Source: Candidatus Binatia bacterium (GTDB taxonomy: Bacteria > Desulfobacterota > Binatia > UBA1149 > CAITLU01). Taken from it: a DNA stretch of 39,468 nucleotides. Location: contig JBHEOD010000004.1 in assembly GCA_046261745.1 (NCBI GenBank), forward strand, positions 2,528 to 41,995, read 5' to 3'. Shown here one piece after another: positions 34,771 to 39,468 of the stretch (its first letter is position 1; every line of letters starts with the position of its first letter). The position numbers and the translations under genes were made by a program. Under the pieces are notes generated by a model that saw only the letters and a list, made by a program, of their open reading frames with translations, made no database searches and was not told where the DNA came from.

Positions 34771-37311
34771 TTGCCCCCGGTCGCTGCTCTACAAGGACCG
34801 CTGGTGACTTCTTCCGCCCCCTCGCAGATCTCCGCCGTCGCGCCGGAACCGTATCCGGCAGCGACCTCTCGTTCGGCCTCCACAGACCTGGCGGCCGAGC
34901 CCGGCTGGCCCGTCGGGGCAGGCCGAGTCGTGTTCCTGCTCGATGCGTGCAGCAACCTCGAGAAGCGCATGCTCGAGGACTGGATCCGCCGCGCGAAGCC
35001 GGAGGCTACTCCGGACACGGCGATCGAAGCCGTGCCGATCCCCCCGTCGCGGCGCCGTTCCGCGCGCAAGCCGCGACCGAGCCTGGCCCGCCTCGAATCT
35101 GCCATCGCCGCCGGCGGCGATCCTTTGATGGCGCCGCTTCGCGTCGCCTGGTTCTCGGAGGCCACCGACGGGATTCGCCACTTGAGCGCGCTCGATATCG
35201 TGACGTTGACCGATCCACGCGACCCGGGGCCGCTGCGGCAGCGTTGGACGGCCGCGCGCCATCCCGGACGCGTGCGCGTGGTGGCCGGCGAACCTGCCCG
35301 CTTGTCGGAACTGCGCGATCGCTGGCGCGAGAGCGGAGGGCAGTACGAAACCGAAACGACGGGCCTCGCCGAGTTCGTCGCACGCCGGGCGGCGCTGGCG
35401 CTGGAGAGGGCGGAGCGACGACTGCGCGGCGCGCGGTACAAGGTTCCGCGCCTGGTCAGCGAGGATATTCTTGCGCGGCCTGCCTTTCGAGGCGGCATCG
35501 CGCGCCTCGCGCGCGAGCTCGGCAAGCCGGAGGACAAGGTTGCCGCGGATGCGGCGCGCTACCTTGCCGAGATCGCGGCCACGCACGATCCCTTCGTCAT
35601 CGACGTGGTCGCATGGTTGATCCGTGCTCTGTACCGGCGCGGCTACGGCGAGAACATCCACTACGACCGCGAAAGGCTCGAGCGTATCTACGCCACCGCC
35701 CAGCGCTACCCCGTGGTGTTCCTCCCCACGCACAAGTCGAATCTCGACCACCTGGTGCTGCAGTACGTGCTGCACGAGAACGGCCATCCGCCCAACCACA
35801 CCGCGGGCGGCATCAACATGAACTTCTTCCCGATCGGGCCGCTGATGCGCCGGGCAGGAGTGTTTTTCATCCGTCGCACGTTCAAGGACAACGCGATCTA
35901 CAAGTTCGTCCTCCATCACTACGTCGACTACCTGATCGAGAAGCGCTTCACGCTCGAATGGTACCTCGAGGGCGGACGGTCGCGCTCCGGCAAGCTCCTT
36001 CCGCCGCGCTTCGGAATGCTCGCCTACGTGGTCGACGCGTGGCAGCGCGGCAAGAGCGAGGACGTGGTGCTGCTGCCCGTCTCGATCGCGTACGACCAGA
36101 TCCAGGACGTCGGCGAGTACGTGGCCGAGCAGAGGGGGGCGGGCAAGGAGCGCGAGAGCTTCAGCTGGTTCCTGAAGGTGGTGCGCCGCCTGCGGCGCCG
36201 CTACGGCGACATTCATGTCCGCTTCGGCGAGCCGGTGTCCCTGCGGGAGTTCTACGGCGAGGCGGCCGCGCCGGCCGTCGCGGGGGATCCGGACGAGCGA
36301 AACCTCACGCTCCAGAAGCTCGCCTTCGAGCTGAGCGTGCGCATCAACCGCGCCACGCCCATCACGCCGACCTCGCTCGTGACGCTTGCGCTGCTCGGGG
36401 TGGGCGATCGCGCGCTCACCGTCGAAGAAACGGCCGCGGCCCTTACCAATCTCGTTGCCTACGTGGAGCGGCGCTGCCTGCCGACCACCGAGGAAGTCGA
36501 CCTTCGCCGGCCCGATGAGGTCAAGCGCGTGCTCGATCACCTCGTCGAGAACGGCGTGGTGTCGGTGTTCACCGAAGGCCCCGAGGCTGTCTACGCCATT
36601 CGCTCCGAGGAGTTCCTCACGGCCGCCTATTATCGCAACACCGTCATCCATTTCTTTGTGACAGGATCGATTGGCGAGGTGGCGCTCGCGGCCGCGATGG
36701 AAGCCGCGACCGGTGACCGGCTCGAGCTGTTCTGGTCGAAGGCCCTCGCGCTTCGCGACCTTCTGAAGTTCGAGTTCTTCTTCTCGGACCGCGCGGATTT
36801 CCGCGAGGAACTTCGCGCGGAGATGGCCGTTCACGATCCGGACTGGGAAGACCGGGTTCGGGCGGGAGGAAAGGAAGCCGAAGCCCTGCTTCTGTCGATC
36901 AAGCCGTTCAACTCGCATCGCGTGCTGCGGCCTTTTCTCGAAGCCTACCGCGTGGTCGGCGATCAACTCGCGCGTCTGCCCGCCGGAGTGAAGGTGGACG
37001 AGACGCGGTTCGTCGCGCAGTGCCTGGCCCTCGGCAAGCAGTACCAGCTGCAGCGTCGTGTCACGCGCGCGGAGTCGATCTCGAAAGTACTTTTCCAGAA
37101 CACGCTCCGGCTGGCTGCCAATCGCAACCTGCTCGAGGGCGGGCAAGGCGAGGAACTGGCCGCGCGGCGCCTTGCGTTTTCGCAGGAGATCCAGCGTGCG
37201 ATCCGGCGCGTGGATGCGATCGGCGTTCTTGCGGCCGGCCGGCGCACGGGCCTGCTCGGCCGCATTGACGAATCGGACGCCGGCGCGGCCGATCCGGGGA
37301 GGGAACCATGA
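34771..37311 (+). CDS. plsB: Glycerol-3-phosphate 1-O-acyltransferase (PlsB2-like); start uncertain (possibly GTG ~34804)
   Basis: HKSNLD (Hx4D), GVFFIRR, YLEGGRSRSGKL, PVSIAYDQ, LRDLLKFEFFF. Confidence 0.9.
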   Translation: MPPVAALQGPLVTSSAPSQISAVAPEPYPAATSRSASTDLAAEPGWPVGAGRVVFLLDACSNLEKRMLEDWIRRAKPEATPDTAIEAVPIPPSRRRSARKPRPSLARLESAIAAGGDPLMAPLRVAWFSEATDGIRHLSALDIVTLTDPRDPGPLRQRWTAARHPGRVRVVAGEPARLSELRDRWRESGGQYETETTGLAEFVARRAALALERAERRLRGARYKVPRLVSEDILARPAFRGGIARLARELGKPEDKVAADAARYLAEIAATHDPFVIDVVAWLIRALYRRGYGENIHYDRERLERIYATAQRYPVVFLPTHKSNLDHLVLQYVLHENGHPPNHTAGGINMNFFPIGPLMRRAGVFFIRRTFKDNAIYKFVLHHYVDYLIEKRFTLEWYLEGGRSRSGKLLPPRFGMLAYVVDAWQRGKSEDVVLLPVSIAYDQIQDVGEYVAEQRGAGKERESFSWFLKVVRRLRRRYGDIHVRFGEPVSLREFYGEAAAPAVAGDPDERNLTLQKLAFELSVRINRATPITPTSLVTLALLGVGDRALTVEETAAALTNLVAYVERRCLPTTEEVDLRRPDEVKRVLDHLVENGVVSVFTEGPEAVYAIRSEEFLTAAYYRNTVIHFFVTGSIGEVALAAAMEAATGDRLELFWSKALALRDLLKFEFFFSDRADFREELRAEMAVHDPDWEDRVRAGGKEAEALLLSIKPFNSHRVLRPFLEAYRVVGDQLARLPAGVKVDETRFVAQCLALGKQYQLQRRVTRAESISKVLFQNTLRLAANRNLLEGGQGEELAARRLAFSQEIQRAIRRVDAIGVLAAGRRTGLLGRIDESDAGAADPGREP

Positions 37312-38762
37312 GCGGCGGTTTCGCGTACGAGCCGTTGTCGGCCGCCGACAACACTTTTCTTGCGCTGGAGAACGGCGGCGCGCACATGCACATCGCCGCG
37401 ACCTCGGTGTTCGATTGCGGTTCGCTCGCGAACGCGGACGGCGGTGTGGACATCGACCGGATCCGCGCCTACGTCGAGTCACGCCTGCACCTCATCCCGC
37501 GCTACCGGCAGCGCCTCGCGTATGTCCCGTTCGGGCGCCTGCCGGTGTGGGTGGACGACGAGCACTTCAATATTTCTTATCACGTGCGGCACACGAGCCT
37601 GCCGCGGCCCGGAACAATCGAACAGCTCAAGCTGCTCGCCGCGCGTATCCAGTCGCAGCGCATCGACCGCGCCAAGCCGTTGTGGGAGTTCTGGGTCGTC
37701 GAAGGCCTGGAGGACGGCCGGCGCTTCGCGGTCATCCAGAAGACCCACCACTGCATGATCGACGGAATCTCCGGAGTGGACCTGCTGGCCGTGCTTCTCA
37801 GCCCGTTCCCGTCGACCAGCTTCGAGGCCGGACCGCAGTTCGTTCCGAGGCCTGCACCCACGGCCCCTGCGCTCGCGTTGTCGGAAGCCTGGCGCGGCGT
37901 GGCCGAACCTCTCGGGGCGCTCTTCTCGCTGACCTCACGCGTGGGTGATCCGCTGGGCCTCATGCGCGACGTGTTCGATGGGGTAGAAGGAATCGCCGAG
38001 ACGCTCACTTCCACCGCGAGGCCGGCGTCGGAGACGCCGTGGAACCGGCCGATCGGACCGCACCGGCGCTTCGATTGGCTGCGTCTCGATCTGGCCGAGA
38101 TCAAGAGCGTCAAGAACGTGCTTGGTGGAACGGTCAACGACGTGGTGCTCGCCACGGTGGCGGGTGCGGTGCGTCGCTTCCTGTTGCGGCGAGGCGTCGA
38201 TCCCGACGAACTTCGGATTCGCGCCAACGTGCCGGTAAGCGTGCGCAGCCTCGACGAACGAGGCAGCCTCGGCAATCGTATCGCGCTGTGGATGACCGAC
38301 CTGCCCGTGGACGAAGCCGATGCGATCGCACGCATCGAGCGAATCCGCATCACCACGCATCGCCTGAAGGAATCCAAGCAGGCGCTGGGAGCGCAGGTTC
38401 TCGCGAGCGTCAGCGACATGACCACGTGGAGACTGCTCGCCACCGCCGCGCGGCTGTCGATGCGCTCGCGGCCGTTCAACCTCGTGGTGACGAATGTGCC
38501 CGGCCCCCAGCTCGAACTTTTTATGCTCGATGCCGGCCTGCGCGAAATCTATCCGATGGTGAACCTGCTCGAGAACCAGGGGATCGGCGTGGCCCTCTTC
38601 AGCTACTGCGGCACGCTGCACTGGGGCGTCCTCGCCGACTGGGACCTGGTTCCCGACCTCGACGAGTTCGTCGCTGCCCTCGAGCGCTCCTTCGACGAAC
38701 TCCGCATCGCGGCGGGCTTGCCGGCGAGCGGAGCGAGCGGGGCCGCAAGCATCGGGATCTGA
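37308..38762 (+). CDS. Wax ester synthase/diacylglycerol acyltransferase (WS/DGAT)
   Basis: ATGA overlap with plsB. LSAADNTFL, PLWEFWVVEGL, catalytic HHCMIDG, TVNDVVL, NLVVTNVPGP. Confidence 0.93.
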   Translation: MSGGFAYEPLSAADNTFLALENGGAHMHIAATSVFDCGSLANADGGVDIDRIRAYVESRLHLIPRYRQRLAYVPFGRLPVWVDDEHFNISYHVRHTSLPRPGTIEQLKLLAARIQSQRIDRAKPLWEFWVVEGLEDGRRFAVIQKTHHCMIDGISGVDLLAVLLSPFPSTSFEAGPQFVPRPAPTAPALALSEAWRGVAEPLGALFSLTSRVGDPLGLMRDVFDGVEGIAETLTSTARPASETPWNRPIGPHRRFDWLRLDLAEIKSVKNVLGGTVNDVVLATVAGAVRRFLLRRGVDPDELRIRANVPVSVRSLDERGSLGNRIALWMTDLPVDEADAIARIERIRITTHRLKESKQALGAQVLASVSDMTTWRLLATAARLSMRSRPFNLVVTNVPGPQLELFMLDAGLREIYPMVNLLENQGIGVALFSYCGTLHWGVLADWDLVPDLDEFVAALERSFDELRIAAGLPASGASGAASIGI

Positions 38763-38817
38763 CGCGCGGCGAGCGGCGAGGGCCTCCCGCCGCCGCCGGC
38801 GTGCGTCGGGCGAAACT

Positions 38818-39468
38818 CTACGCAGCTTCGCTGTAGAACTGCTTGCACCATGTGCGGAAAACGCCGATCGGGCCGTCCCCGTCGCACAGCACCGGGCGGT
38901 CGAGGAAGGCCTTGTTCTCCCAGATCGGGATGTCCTCGCGCATCTGCTTCTCGATGTCGGCGATCAGTGCCTTGCCGACGCCGCGCGTGGTTCGTTCGTC
39001 GCCGAGACTCTTGACGCTGAACGAGAAGCGTACGTCGACGTATTCGCCGTCGATCGGCGTGACGGACGTCACGAGTGAGGTTTCGACGATGCCGCGGAAG
39101 GCGACCTGACCGAACCCGAAGCCGTACGACTTCGATTCGATGCTGCCGTCGACTTCCCCGGCCGGCGTTCCCATCTTCATCTGCGAGACGACATGAAGGC
39201 ACGGGCCTTCGGTGGTGGCTTGGCTCTGGGGCACGGTCAGGGTGCCGTGCACGTAACGGAAGTGCGCCTGGTCCACCGAGTTCTCGGCCATGTCCTGGTT
39301 GTGCGTGCGGATTTTCCAGCGCCTCTTCACGTAGGGCGTCCAGCCTTCAAGGCCGTACTGCGGCACCACCGGGATCTCCCAGTCGGGCGACTTGCCGCCA
39401 GCGTGATGCCACAGCATCACGAGTCCGTTGCGCTCGACCACCGGATGCGAATGCAGGCGGGCCGAGGG
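38818..39468 (-). CDS. Rieske oxygenase catalytic domain, KshA / Neverland (cholesterol 7-desaturase)-like; 5' part lies outside the window
   Basis: Frame is open to the window end. ENSVDQAHFRYVHG (D-x2-H-x4-H iron site); C-terminal DIPIWENK...PVLCDGDGPIGVFRTWCKQFY. Confidence 0.82.
   Translation of the reverse strand, partial: PSARLHSHPVVERNGLVMLWHHAGGKSPDWEIPVVPQYGLEGWTPYVKRRWKIRTHNQDMAENSVDQAHFRYVHGTLTVPQSQATTEGPCLHVVSQMKMGTPAGEVDGSIESKSYGFGFGQVAFRGIVETSLVTSVTPIDGEYVDVRFSFSVKSLGDERTTRGVGKALIADIEKQMREDIPIWENKAFLDRPVLCDGDGPIGVFRTWCKQFYSEAA

Noticed and set aside
34789-37482. 897-aa minus-strand ORF, and similar long ORFs at 688-2802, 2408-4279, 13646-15460, 26881-28428, 32936-34402 and 33609-35537
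   Set aside because: Shadow frames over well-supported genes. They are Arg/Ala/Gly-rich, have no motifs, and are expected from high-GC codon bias.

Overview
High-GC bacterial window, almost fully coding, with no RNA genes, CRISPR array or mobile-element enzymes that I can recognise. Lnt, a YdbH/AsmA-like protein and a YdbL lipoprotein point to a diderm host. The dockerin-like Cys-rich secreted protein resembles ones I associate with Ca. Binatia/deltaproteobacteria-like genomes; this lineage call is inference. Most genes are lipid or steroid catabolic: a FadA6-like thiolase, a split Rv3521-like DUF35 pair with ltp4-ltp3-fadD19-echA19, a CYP124/125-type P450 with ferredoxin and TetR, a MaoC pair, an SCP2-type thiolase and a partial KshA/Neverland-type Rieske oxygenase. 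There is also a triacylglycerol/wax-ester cluster (HAD-plsC, plsB, WS/DGAT) and a phoU-pstSCABB operon. Best leads: (1) a Pst system whose two PstB subunits are degenerate in complementary motifs (one live, one dead ATP site) and whose PhoU is fused to a catalytically dead ArsC/LMW-PTP domain; (2) a perfect KstR-type box, plus KstR2-like boxes, in front of an actinobacterial-style sterol side-chain operon in an apparently non-actinobacterial host; (3) an unannotated 27-codon leader peptide with mutually exclusive hairpins and a sequestered RBS before an MFS transporter. Family calls come from motifs and remembered homologues; no database search was run.
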